A DNA stretch of 64,000 nt, taken from contig NC_082729.1 in NCBI RefSeq assembly GCF_030144855.1, forward strand, positions 8,122,001-8,186,000. Direction: 5' to 3'. This document shows positions 35,901 to 49,400 of this stretch, piece after piece. The stretch comes from Hypanus sabinus. Taxonomy: Eukaryota. Under the pieces are notes generated by a model that worked only from the letters and a program-made list of their open reading frames with translations, had not been told where the DNA came from and ran no database searches. Every line of letters starts with the position of its first letter. Position 1 is the stretch's first letter. The position numbers and the translations under genes were made by a program.

Positions 35901-37570
35901 AGGGAAGTGATGGAGGAAGGTTCACAAGGACAGGGAAGTGATGGAGGAAGGTTCACAAGGACAGGGAAGTGCTGGAGGAACGTTTACAAGGACAGGGAAG
36001 TGATGGTAAAGTTCACAAGGACAGGGAAGTGATGGAAATGTTCAGAAGGACAGGGAAGTGCTGGAGGAAGTTTCACAAGGACAGGGATGTGATGGAAAAG
36101 TTCACAAGGACAGGGAAGTGATGGAAAAGTTCACAAGGACAGGGAAGTGCTGGAGGAAGGTTTACAAGGACAGGGAAGAGCTGAAGGAAGGTTAACAAAG
36201 ACAGGGTAGTGATGGAGGAAGTTTCACAAGGACAGGGAAGTGCTGGAGGAAGGTTCACAAGGACAGGGATGTGATGGAGGAATGTTCACAAGGACAGGGA
36301 AGCACTGTAGGAAGGTTCACAAGGACAGAGAAGTGATTGAAAAGTTCTCCAGCACAGGGAAGCAATGGAGGAAGATTTATAAGGACAGGGAAATGATAGA
36401 GGAAGGTTCACAAGGACAGGGAAGTGATGGAGGAAGGTTCAAAAGGACAGGGAAGTGATGGAGGAAGGTTCACAAGGACAGGGAAGTGATGTAAATGTTC
36501 ACAAGCACAGGGAAGTGATGGAGGAAGGTTCACAAGGACAGGGAAGTGATGGAGAAAGGTACACAAGCACAGGGAAGTGCTGGTGGAAGGTTCACTAGGA
36601 CAGGGAAGTGCTGGAGGAACGTTTACAAGACAGGGAAGTGATGGTAAAGTTCACAAGGACAGGGAAGTGATGGAAAAGTTCACAAGGACAGGGAAGTGCT
36701 GGAGGAAGGTTCACAAGGACAGGGAAGTGATGGAAAGGTTTACAAGGACAGGGAAGCGCTGGAGGAAGTTCACAAGGAAAGGGAAGAGCTGGAGGAAGTT
36801 TCACAAGGACAGGGAAGTGATGGAAAAGTTCACAAAGACAGGGAAGCACTGGAGGAAGGTTCACAAGGACAGGGAAGTGATGGAAAAGTTCAGAAGGACA
36901 GGGAAGTGATGGAAAAGTTCACAAGGACAGGGAAGTGATGGAGAAAGGTTCAGAAGGACAGGGAAGTGATGGAAAAGTTCACAAGGACAGAGAAGTGATG
37001 GAGCAATGTTTACAAGGACAGGGAAGTGCTGGAGGAAGGTTTACAAGGACAGGGAAGATGGAGGAAGGTTCACAAGGACAGGGAAGTGATGGCGGAAGGT
37101 TCACAAGGACAAGGAAGATGGAGGAAGGTTCACAAGGACAGAGAAGTGCTGGAGGAAGGTTTACAAGGACAGGGAAATGCTGGAGGAAGGTTCACAAGGA
37201 CAGGGAAATGCTGGAGGAAGGTTCACAAGGAGAGGGAAGATGGAGGAAGGTTCACAAGGACAGGGAAGTGATGGAAAAGTTCACAAGGACAGGGAAGATG
37301 GAGGAAGGTTGACAAGGACAAGGAAGCGCTGGAGGAAGGTTCACAAGGACAGGGAAGATGGAGAAAGGTTGACAAGGACAGGGAAGCGCTGGAGGAAGTT
37401 CACAAGGACAGGGAAGCGGTGGAGGAAGGTTCACAAGGACAGGAAAGCTCTGGAGGAAGGTTCACAAGGACAGGGAAGATGGAGGAAGGTTCACAAGGTC
37501 AGGGAAGTGCTGGAGGAAGGTTCACTAGGACAGGGAAGTGCTGGAGGAACGTTTACAAGGACAGGGAAGT
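20505..37570 (+). repeat. ~8.3-kb tandem duplication carrying copy-specific internal duplications (1507; 1238 and 875)
   Basis: Offsets are 8260 (21081/29341), then 8229 (24782/33011), then 8835 (27405/36240). Internal offsets are 1507 (24782/26289), 1238 (33011/34249) and 875 (34249/35124). Confidence 0.8.
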
Positions 37571-40480
37571 GATGGTAAAGTTCACAAGGACAGGGAAGTG
37601 ATGGAAAAGTTCACAAGGACAGGGAAGTGCTGGAGGAAGGTTCACAAGGACAGGGAAGTGATGGAGGAAGGTTCACAAGGACAGGGAAGTGATGGAGGAA
37701 GGTTCACAAGGACAGGGAAGTGCTGGAGGAACGTTTACAAGGACAGGGAAGTGATGGTAAAGTTCACAAGGACAGGGAAGTGATGGAAATGTTCAGAAGG
37801 ACAGGGAAGTGCTGGAGGAAGTTTCACAAGGACAGGGATGTGATGGAAAAGTTCACAAGGACAGGGAAGTGATGGAAAAGTTCACAAGGACAGGGAAGTG
37901 CTGGAGGAAGGTTTACAAGGACAGGGAAGAGCTGAAGGAAGGTTAACAAAGACAGGGTAGTGATGGAGGAAGTTTCACAAGGACAGGGAAGTGCTGGAGG
38001 AAGGTTCACAAGGACAGGGATGTGCTGGAGGAAGGTTCACAAGGACAGGGATGTGATGGAGGAATGTTCACAAGGACAGGGAAGCACTGTAGGAAGGTTC
38101 ACAAGGACAGAGAAGTGATTGAAAAGTTCTCCAGCACAGGGAAGCAATGGAGGAAGATATATAAGGACAGGGAAATGATAGAGGAAGGTTCACAAGGACA
38201 GGGAAGTGATGGAGGAAGGTTCAAAGGGACAGGGAAGTGATGGAGGAAGGTTCACAAGGACAGGGAAGTGATGTAAATGTTCACAAGCACAGGGAAGTGA
38301 TGGAGGAAGGTTCACAAGGACAGGGAAGTGATGGAGAAAGGTACACAAGCACAGGGAAGTGCTGGTGGAAGGTTCACTAGGACAGGGAAGTGCTGGAGGA
38401 ACGTTTACAAGACAGGGAAGTGATGGTAAAGTTCACAAGGACAGGGAAGTGATGGAAAAGTTCAGAAGGACAGGGAAGTGCTGGAGGAAGGTTCACAAGG
38501 ACAGGGAAGTGATGGAAAGGTTTACAAGGACAGGGAAGCGCTGGAGGAAGTTCACAAGGAAAGGGAAGAGCTGGAGGAAGTTTCACAAGGACAGGGACGT
38601 GCTGGAGGATGGTTCACAAAGACAGGGAAGCACTGGAGGAAGGTTCACAAGGACAGGGAAGTGATGGAAAAGTTCAGAAGGACAGGGAAGTGATGGAAAA
38701 GTTCACAAGGACAGGGAAGTGATGGAGAAAGGTTCAGAAGGACAGGGAAGTGATGGAAAAGTTCACAAGGACAGAGAAGTGATGGAGCAATGTTTACAAG
38801 GACAGGGAAGTGCTGGAGGAAGGTTTACAAGGACAGGGAAGATGGAGGAAGGTTCACAAGGACAGGGAAGTGATGGCGGAAGGTTCACAAGGACAAGGAA
38901 GATGGAGGAAGGTTCACAAGGACAGAGAAGTGCTGGAGGAAGGTTTACAAGGACAGGGAAATGCTGGAGGAAGGTTCACAAGGACAGGGAAATGCTGGAG
39001 GAAGGTTCACAAGGAGAGGGAAGATGGAGGAAGGTTCACAAGGACAGGGAAGTGATGGAAAAGTTCACAAGGACAGGGAAGATGGAGGAAGGTTGACAAG
39101 GACAAGGAAGCGCTGGAGGAAGGTTCACAAGGACAGGGAAGATGGAGAAAGGTTGACAAGGACAGGGAAGCGCTGGAGGAAGTTCACAAGGACAGGGAAG
39201 CGGTGGAGGAAGGTTCACAAGGACAGGAAAGCTCTGGAGGAAGGTTCACAAGGACAGGGAAGATGGAGGAAGGTTCACAAGGTCAGGGAAGTGCTGGAGG
39301 AAGGTTCACTAGGACAGGGAAGTGCTGGAGGAACGTTTACAAGGACAGGGAAGTGATGGTAAAGTTCACAAGGACAGGGAAGTGATGGAAAAGTTCACAA
39401 GGACAGGGAAGTGCTGGAGGAAGGTTCACAAGGACAGGGAAGTGATGGAGGAAGGTTCACAAGGACAGGGAAGTGATGGAGGAAGGTTCACAAGGACAGG
39501 GAAGTGCTGGAGGAACGTTTACAAGGACAGGGAAGTGATGGTAAAGTTCACAAGGACAGGGAAGTGATGGAAATGTTCAGAAGGACAGGGAAGTGCTGGA
39601 GGAAGTTTCACAAGGACAGGGATGTGATGGAAAAGTTCACAAGGACAGGGAAGTGATGGAAAAGTTCACAAGGACAGGGAAGTGCTGGAGGAAGGTTTAC
39701 AAGGACAGGGAAGAGCTGAAGGAAGGTTAACAAAGACAGGGTAGTGATGGAGGAAGTTTCACAAGGACAGGGAAGTGCTGGAGGAAGGTTCACAAGGACA
39801 GGGATGTGCTGGAGGAAGGTTCACAAGGACAGGGATGTGATGGAGGAATGTTCACAAGGACAGGGAAGCACTGTAGGAAGGTTCACAAGGACAGAGAAGT
39901 GATTGAAAAGTTCTCCAGCACAGGGAAGCAATGGAGGAAGATATATAAGGACAGGGAAATGATAGAGGAAGGTTCACAAGGACAGGGAAGTGATGGAGGA
40001 AGGTTCAAAGGGACAGGGAAGTGATGGAGGAAGGTTCACAAGGACAGGGAAGTGATGTAAATGTTCACAAGCACAGGGAAGTGATGGAGGAAGGTTCACA
40101 AGGACAGGGAAGTGATGGAGAAAGGTACACAAGCACAGGGAAGTGCTGGTGGAAGGTTCACTAGGACAGGGAAGTGCTGGAGGAACGTTTACAAGACAGG
40201 GAAGTGATGGTAAAGTTCACAAGGACAGGGAAGTGATGGAAAAGTTCAGAAGGACAGGGAAGTGCTGGAGGAAGGTTCACAAGGACAGGGAAGTGATGGA
40301 AAGGTTTACAAGGACAGGGAAGCGCTGGAGGAAGTTCACAAGGAAAGGGAAGAGCTGGAGGAAGTTTCACAAGGACAGGGAAGTGATGGAAAAGTTCACA
40401 AAGACAGGGAAGCACTGGAGGAAGGTTCACAAGGACAGGGAAGTGATGGAAAAGTTCAGAAGGACAGGGAAGTGATGGAA
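35950..40480 (+). repeat. ~1784-bp higher-order unit, ~2.5 copies
   Basis: Offsets 1782-1784 (36577/38359/40143, 36935/38719, 38022/39806). Confidence 0.8.
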
Positions 40481-43400
40481 AAGTTCACAAGGACAGGGAA
40501 GTGCTGGAGGAAGGTTTACAAGGACTGGGAAGTGCTGGAGAAAGGTTTACAAGGACAGGGTAGTGATGGAAGAAGGTTGACAAGGACAGGGAAGCGCTGG
40601 GTGAAGTTCACAAGTACAGGGAAGTGATGGAAAAGTTCACAAGGACAGGGAAGTGATGGAGAAAGGTTCAGAAGGACAGGGAAGTGATGGAAAAGTTCAC
40701 AGGACAGCGAAGCGCTGGAGGAAGGTTCACAAGGACAGGGTAGTGATGGAGGAAGGTTCACAATGACAGGAAAGGTAGACGAAGGTTCACAAGGACAGGG
40801 AAGTTGTGGAAAACTTCACAAGGACAGGGAAGTGATGGAAAAGTTCACAAGAACAGGGAAGTGCTGGAAAAGTTCCCAAGGACAGGGAAGATGGAGGAAG
40901 GTTCACAAGGACAGGAAAGTGATGGAAAAGTTCACAAGGACAGGGACGTGCTGGAGGATGGTTCACAAGGACAGGGAAATGCTGGAGGAAGGTTCACAAG
41001 GACAGGGAAGATGGAGGAAGGTTCACAAGACCAGGAAATTGATGGCGGAAGGTTCACAAGGACAAGGAAGATGGAGGAAGGTTCACAAGGACAGAGAAGT
41101 GCTGGAGGAAGGTTGACAAGGACAGGGAAATGCTGGAGGAAGGTTCACAAGGACAGGGAAATGCTGGAGGAAGGTTCACAAGGAGAGGGAAGATGGAGGA
41201 AGGTTCAGAAGGACAGGGAAGTGCTGGAGGGAGGTTCACAAGGACAGGGAAGTGATGGAAAAGTTCACAAGGACAGGGAAGATGGAGGAAGGTTGACAAG
41301 GACAAGGAAGCGCTGGAGGAAGGTTCACAAGGACAGGGAAGATGGAGAAAGGTTGACAAGGACAGGGAAGCGCTGGAGGAAGTTCACAAGGACAGGGAAG
41401 CGGTGGAGGAAGGTTCACAAGGACAGGAAAGCTCTGGAGGAAGGTTCACAAGGACAGGGAAGATGGAGGAAGGTTCACAAGGTCAGGGAAGTGCTGGAGG
41501 AAGGTTCACTAGGACAGGGAAGTGCTGGAGGAACGTTTACAAGGACAGGGAAGTGATGGTAAAGTTCACAAGGACAGGGAAGTGATGGAAAAGTTCACAA
41601 GGACAGGGAAGTGCTGGTGGAAGGTTCACAAGGACAGGGAAGTGATGGAGGAAGGTTCACAAGGACAGGGAAGTGATGGAGGAAGGTTCACAAGGACAGG
41701 GAAGTGCTGGAGGAACGTTTACAAGGACAGGGAAGTGATGGTAAAGTTCACAAGGACAGGGAAGTGATGGAAATGTTCAGAAGGACAGGGAAGTGCTGGA
41801 GGAAGTTTCACAAGGACAGGGATGTGATGGAAAAGTTCACAAGGACAGGGAAGTGATGGAAAAGTTCACAAGGATAGGGAAATGCTGGAGGAAGGTTCAC
41901 AAGGACAGGGAAATGCTGGAGGAAGGTTCACAACGACAGGGAAGATGGAGGAAGGTTCACAAGGACAGGGAAGTGATGGAGGAAGGTTTACAAGGACAGG
42001 GAAGCACTGGAGGAAGGTTCACAAGGACAGGGAAGTGCTGGAGGAAGTTCACAAGGACAGGGAAGTGATGGAGAAAGGTTCAGAAGGACAGGGAAGTGAT
42101 GGAAAAGTTCACAAGGACAGAGAAGTGATGGAGCAATGTTTACAAGGACAGGGAAGTGCTGGAGGAAGGTTTACAAGGACAGGGAAGATGGAGGAAGGTT
42201 CACAAGACCAGGAAATTGATGGCGGAAGGTTCACAAGGACAAGGAAGATGGAGGAAGGTTCACAAGGACAGAGAAGTGCTGGAGGAAGGTTGACAAGGAC
42301 AGGGAAATGCTGGAGGAAGGTTCACAAGGACAGGGAAATGCTGGAGGAAGGTTCACAAGGAGAGGGAAGATGGAGGAAGGTTCAGAAGGACAGGGAAGTG
42401 CTGGAGGGAGGTTCACAAGGACAGGGAAGTGATGGAAAAGTTCACAAGGACAGGGAAGATGGAGGAAGGTTGACAAGGACAAGGAAGCGCTGGAGGAAGG
42501 TTCACAAGGACAGGGAAGATGGAGAAAGGTTGACAAGGACAGGGAAGCGCTGGAGGAAGTTCACAAGGACAGGGAAGCGGTGGAGGAAGGTTCACAAGGA
42601 CAGGAAAGCTCTGGAGGAAGGTTCACAAGGACAGGGAAGATGGAGGAAGGTTCACAAGGTCAGGGAAGTGCTGGAGGAAGGTTCACTAGGACAGGGAAGT
42701 GCTGGAGGAACGTTTACAAGGACAGGGAAGTGATGGTAAAGTTCACAAGGACAGGGAAGTGATGGAAAAGTTCACAAGGACAGGGAAGTGCTGGTGGAAG
42801 GTTCACAAGGACAGGGAAGTGATGGAGGAAGGTTCACAAGGACAGGGAAGTGATGGAGGAAGGTTCACAAGGACAGGGAAGTGCTGGAGGAACGTTTACA
42901 AGGACAGGGAAGTGATGGTAAAGTTCACAAGGACAGGGAAGTGATGGAAATGTTCAGAAGGACAGGGAAGTGCTGGAGGAAGTTTCACAAGGACAGGGAT
43001 GTGATGGAAAAGTTCACAAGGACAGGGAAGTGATGGAAAAGTTCACAAGGACAGGGAAGTGCTGGAGGAAGGTTTACAAGGACAGGGAAGAGCTGAAGGA
43101 ATGTTAACAAAGACAGGGTAGTGATGGAGGAAGTTTCACAAGGACAGGGAAGTGCTGGAGGAAGGTTCACAAGGACAGGGATGTGCTGGAGGAAGGTTCA
43201 CAAGGACAGGGATGTGATGGAGGAATGTTCACAAGGACAGGGAAGCACTGTAGGAAGGTTCACAAGGACAGAGAAGTGATTGAAAAGTTCTCCAGCACAG
43301 GGAAGCAATGGAGGAAGATTTATAAGGACAGGGAAATGATAGAGGAAGGTTCACAAGGACAGGGAAGTGATGGAGGAAGGTTCACAAGGACAGGGAAGTG

Positions 43401-46400
43401 ATGTAAATGTTCACAAGCACAGGGAAGTGATGGAGGAAGGTTCACAAGGACAGGGAAGTGATGGAGAAAGGTACACAAGCACAGGGAAGTGCTGGTGGAA
43501 GGTTCACTAGGACAGGGAAGTGCTGGAGGAACGTTTACAAGACAGGGAAGTGATGGTAAAGTTCAGAAGGACAGGGAAGTGATGGAAAAGTTCACAAGGA
43601 CAGGGAAGTGCTGGAGGAAGGTTCACAAGGACAGGGAAGTGATGGAAAAGTTCAGAAGGACAGGGAAGTGATGGAAAAGTTCACAAGGACAGGGAAGTGC
43701 TGGAGGAAGTTTTACAAGGACTGGGAAGTGCTGGAGAAAGGTTTACAAGGACAGGGTAGTGATGGAAGAAGGTTGACAAGGACAGGGAAGCGCTGGGTGA
43801 AGTTCACAAGTACAGGGAAGTGATGGAAAAGTTCACAAGGACAGAGAAGTGATGGAGCATTGTTTACAAGGACAGGGAAGTCCTGGAGGAAGGTTTACAA
43901 GGACAGGGAAGATGGAGGAAGGTTCACAAGGACAGGGAAGTGATGGCGGAAGGTTCACAAGGACAAGGAAGATGGAGGAAGGTTCACATGGACAGAGAAG
44001 TGCTGGAGGAAGGTTGACAAGGACAGGGAAATGCTGGAGGAAGGTTCACAAGGACAGGGAAATGCTGGAGGAAGGTTCACAAGGAGAGGGAAGATGGAGG
44101 AAGGTTCACAAAGACAGGGAAGTGCTGGAGTGAGGTTCACAAGGACAGGGAAGTGATGGAAAAGTTCACAAGGACAGGGAAGATGGAGGAAGGTTGACAA
44201 GGACAAGGAAGCGCTGGAGGAAGGTTCACAAGGACAGGGAAGATGGAGAAAGGTTGACAAGGACAGGGAAGCGCTGGAGGAAGTTCACAAGGACAGGGAA
44301 GCGGTGGAGGAAGGTTCACAAGGACAGGAAAGCTCTGGAGGAAGGTTCACAAGGACAGGGAAGATGGAGTAAGGTTCACAAGGTCAGGGAAGTGCTGGAG
44401 GAAGGTTCACTAGGACAGGGAAGTGCTGGAGGAACGTTTACAAGGACAGGGAAGTGATGGTAAAGTTCACAAGGACAGGGAAGTGATGGAAAAGTTCACA
44501 AGGACAGGGAAGTGCTGGAGGAAGGTTCACAAGGACAGGGAAGTGATGGAAAAGTTTTCAAGGACAGGGAAGCGCTGGAGGAAGTTCACAAGGAAAGGGA
44601 GGAGCTGGAGGAAGTTTCGCAAGGACAGGGAAGTGATGGAAAAGTTCACAAAGACAGGGAAGCACTGGAGGAAGGTTCACAAGGACAGGGAAGTGATGGA
44701 AAAGTTCAGAAGGACAGGGAAGTGATGGAAAAGTTGACAAGGACAGGGAAGTGCTGGAGAAAGGTTTACAAGGACTGGGAAGTGCTGGAGAAAGGTTTAC
44801 AAGGACAGGGTAGTGATGGAAGAAGGTTGACAAGGACAGGGAAGCGCTGGGGGAAGTTCACAAGGACAGGGACGTGATGGATGAAGGTTTACAAGGACAT
44901 CGAAGATGGAGGAAAGTTCACAAGGACAGGGAAGTGATGGAAAAGTTCACAAGGACAGGGAAGTGATGGAGAAAGGTTCAGAAGGACAGGGAAGTGATGG
45001 AAAAGTTCACAAGGACAGAGAAGTGCTGGAGCAAGGTTTACAAGGACGGGAAGTGCTGCAGGAAGGTTTACAAGGACAGGGAAGATGGAGGAAGGTTCAC
45101 AAGGACAGGGAAGCGATGGAGGAAGGTTCACAAGGACAGGGAAGATGGAGGAAGGTTCACAAGTACAGAGAAGTGCTGGAGGATGGTTCACAAGTACAGG
45201 GAAGCGCTGGAGGAAATTTCACAAGGACAGGGAAGTGATGGAAAAGTTCACAGGACAGCGAAGCGCTGGAGGAAGGTTCACAAGGACAGGGTAGTGATGG
45301 AGGAAGGTTCACAATGACAGGAAAGGTAGACGAAGGTTCACAAGGACAGGGAAGTTGTGGAAAACTTCACAAGGACAGGGAAGTGATGGAAAAGTTCACA
45401 AGAACAGGGAAGTGCTGGAAAAGTTCCCAAGGACAGGGAAGATGGAGGAAGGTTCACAAGGACAGGAAAGTGATGGAAAAGTTCACAAGGACAGGGACGT
45501 GCTGGAGGATGGTTCACAAGGACAGGGAAATGCTGGAGGAAGGTTCACAAGGACAGGGAAGATGGAGGAAGGTTCACAAGGATAGGGAAATGCTGGAGGA
45601 AGGTTCACAAGGACAGGGAAATGCTGGAGGAAGGTTCACAACGACAGGGAAGATGGAGGAAGGTTCACAAGGACAGGGAAATGCTGGAGGAAGGTTCACA
45701 AGGACAGGGAAGTGATGGAGGAATGTTTACAAGGACAGGGAAGTGCTGGAGGAAGGTTCACAAGGACAGGGAAGTGCTGGAGGAAGGTTCACAAGGACAG
45801 GGAAATGCTGGAGGAAGGTTCACAAGGACAGGGAAGTGATGGAAAAGTTCACAAGAACAGGGAAGTGCTGGAAAAGTTCCCAAGGACAGGGAAGATGGAG
45901 GAAGGTTCACAAGGACAGGAATGTGATGGAAAAGTTCACAAGGACAGGGACGTGCTGGAGGATGGTTCACAAGGACAGGGAAATGCTGGAGGAAGGTTCA
46001 CAAGGACAGGGAAGATGGAGGAAGGTTCACAAGGATAGGGAAATGCTGGAGGAAGGTTCACAAGGACAGGGAAATGCTGGAGGAAGGTTCACAACGACAG
46101 GGAAGATGGAGGAAGGTTCACAAGGACAGGGAAGTGATGGAGGAAGGTTTACAAGGACAGGGAAGCACTGGAGGAAGGTTCACAAGGACAGGGAAGTGCT
46201 GGAGGTAGGTTCACAAGGACAGGGAAATGCTGGAGGAAGGTTCACAAGGACAGGGAAGTGATGGAGGAATGTTTACAAGGACAGGGAAGTGCTGGAGGAA
46301 GGTTCACAAGGACAGGGAAGTGCTGGAGGAAGGTTCACAAGGACAGGGAAATGCTGGAGGAAGGTTCACAAGGACAGGGAAGTGATGGAAAAGTTCATAA

Positions 46401-49400
46401 GGATGGATGTGATGGAAAAGTTCACAAGGACAGGGAAGTGCTGGAGGATGGTTCACAAGGACAGGGAAGCGCTGGAGGAAATTTCACAAGGACAGGGAAG
46501 TGATGGAAAAGTTCACAGGACAGCGAAGCGCTGGAGGAAGGTTCACAAGGACAGGGTAGTGATGGAGGAAGGTTCACAATGACAGGAAAGGTAGACGAAG
46601 GTTCACAAGGACAGGGAAGTTGTGGAAAACTTCACAAGGACAAGGAAGTGATGGAAAAGTTCACAAGAACAGGGAAGTGCTGGAAAAGTTCCCAAGGACA
46701 GGGAAGATGGAGGAAGGTTCACAAGGACAGGAAAGTGATGGAAAAGTTCACAAGGACAGGGACGTGCTGGAGGATGGTTCACAAGGACAGGGAAATGCTG
46801 GAGGAAGGTTCACAAGGACAGGGAAGATGGAGGAAGGTTCACAAGGATAGGGAAATGCTGGAGGAAGGTTCACAAGGACAGGGAAATGCTGGAGGAAGGT
46901 TCACAACGACAGGGAAGATGGAGGAAGGTTCACAAGGACAGGGAAGTGATGGAGGAAGGTTTACAAGGACAGGGAAGCACTGGAGGAAGGTTCACAAGGA
47001 CAGGGAAGTGCTGGAGGAAGGTTCACAAGGACAGGGAAATGCTGGAGGAAGGTTCACAAGGACAGGGAAGTGATGGAGGAATGTTTACAAGGACAGGGAA
47101 GTGCTGGAGGAAGGTTCACAAGGACAGGGAAGTGCTGGAGGAAGGTTCACAAGGACAGGGAAATGCTGGAGGAAGGTTCACAAGGACAGGGAAGTGATGG
47201 AAAAGTTCATAAGGATGGATGTGATGGAAAAGTTCACAAGGACAGGGAAGTGCTGGAGGGAGGTTCACAAGGACAGGGAAGTGATGGAAAAGTTCACAAG
47301 GACAGGGAAGATGGAGGAAGGTTGACAAGGACAAGGAAGTGCTGGAGGAAGGTTCACAAGGACAGGGAAGTGATAGAAAAGTTCACAAGGACAGGGAAGT
47401 GCTGCAGGGAGGTTCACAAGGACAGGGAAGTGCTGGAGGAAGGCTCACAAGGACAGGGAATTGATGGAAAATTTCACAATGACAGGGAAGTGATGGAAAA
47501 GTTCACAAGGACAGGGAAGTGCTGGAGGAAGGTTCACAAGGACAGGGAAGTGCTGGAGGAAGGTTCACAAGCACAGGGTAGTGCTGGAGGAAGGTTACCA
47601 AGGACAGGGAAGTGATGGTGGATGGTTCACAAGGACAGGGAAGTGCTGGTGGAAGTTTCAGAAGGACAGGGAAGATAGAGGAAGGTTCACAAGGACAGGG
47701 AAGATGGAGGAAGTTTCACAAGGACAGGGAAGATGGAGGAAGGTTCACATGGACAGGGAAGTGCTGGAGGAAGGTTCACAAGGACAGGGAAGCGTTGGAA
47801 AAGTTCACAAGGACAGGGTAGTGATGGAGGAAGTTTCACAATGACAGGAAAGGTAGACGAAGGTTCACAAGGACAGGGATGTGATGGAAAACTTCACAAG
47901 GACAGGGAAGTGATGGAAAAGTTCACAAGAACAGGGAAGTGCTGGAGGAAGGTTCACAATGACAGGAAGTGATGGAGTAAGGTTCACAAGTACAGGGAAG
48001 TGATGGAGGAAGGTTCACAAGGACAGGGAAGTGATGGAAAAGTTCCCAAGGACAGGGAAGATGGAGGAAGGTTCACAAGGACAGGAAAGTGATGGAAAAG
48101 TTCACAAGGACAGGGAAGTGATGGTGGAAGGTTCAGAAGGACAGGGAAGCGCTGGAGGAAGTTTCACAAGGACAGGGAAGTGATGGAAAAGTTCACAGGA
48201 CAGCGAAGCGCGGGAGGAAGGTTCACAAGGACAGGGTAGTGATGGAGGAAGGTTCACAATGACAGGAAAGGTAGTCGAAGGTTCACAAGGACAGGGAAGT
48301 TGTGGAAAACTTCACAAGGACAGGGAAGTGATGGAAAAGTTCACAAGAACAGGGAAGTGCTGGAGGAAGGTTCACAGTGACAGGAAGTGATGGAGGAAGG
48401 TTCACAAGTACAGGGAAGTGATGGAGGAAGGTTCACCAGGACAGGGAAGTGCTGGAGGAAGGTTCACAAGGACAGGGAAGTGATGGAGGAAGGTTCACAA
48501 GGACAGGGAAGTGATGGAAATGTTCCCAAGGACAGGGAAGATGGACGAATGTTCACAAGGACAGGAAAGTGATGGAAAAGTTCACAAGGACAGGGAAGTG
48601 ATGGTGGAAGGTTCACAAGGACAGGGAAGTGCTGGAGGATGTTTCACAAGGACAGGGAAGTGATGGCCGAAGGTTCACAAGGACAGGGAAGTGATGGAAA
48701 AGTTCTCAGGGACAGGGAAGTGCTGCAGGGAGGTTCACAAGGACAGGGATGTGCTGGAGGAAGGTTCACAAAGACAAGGAATTGATGGAAAAGTTCACAA
48801 GGACAGGGAAGTGATGGAAAAGTTCACGAGGACAGGGAAGCGCTGGAGCAAGGTTCACAAGGACAGGGATGTGATGGAAAAGTTCACAAGGACAGCGAAG
48901 CACAGGAGGAAGGTTCACAAGGACAGGGTAGTGATGGAGGAAGGTTCACAAGGACAGGGAAGCGCTGGTGGAAGGTTCACAAGGGCAGGGAAGTGCTGGG
49001 TGAAGCTTCACTACGACAGGGAAGATTTGGAAGAAGGTTCACAAGGACAGGGAAGATGGAGGAATGTTCACAAGGACAGCGAATTGATGGAAAAGTTCAC
49101 AAGGACAGGGAAGTGATGGACAAGTTCACAAGGACAGGGAAGCGTTGGGGGAAGGTTCACAAGGACAGGGGAGTGATGGAAAAGTTCCCAAGGACAGGGA
49201 AGATGGAGGAATGTTCCCAAGGACAGGGAAGATGTAGGAAAGTTCATTAGGACAGGGAAGTGATGATGGAAAAGTTGACAAGGACAGGGAAGTGATGGCG
49301 GAAGGTTCACAAGGACAGGGAAGTGATGGAAAAGTTCACAAGGACAGGGGAGTGATGGAAAAGTTCCCAAGGACAGGGAAGATGGAGGAAAGTTCCCAAT

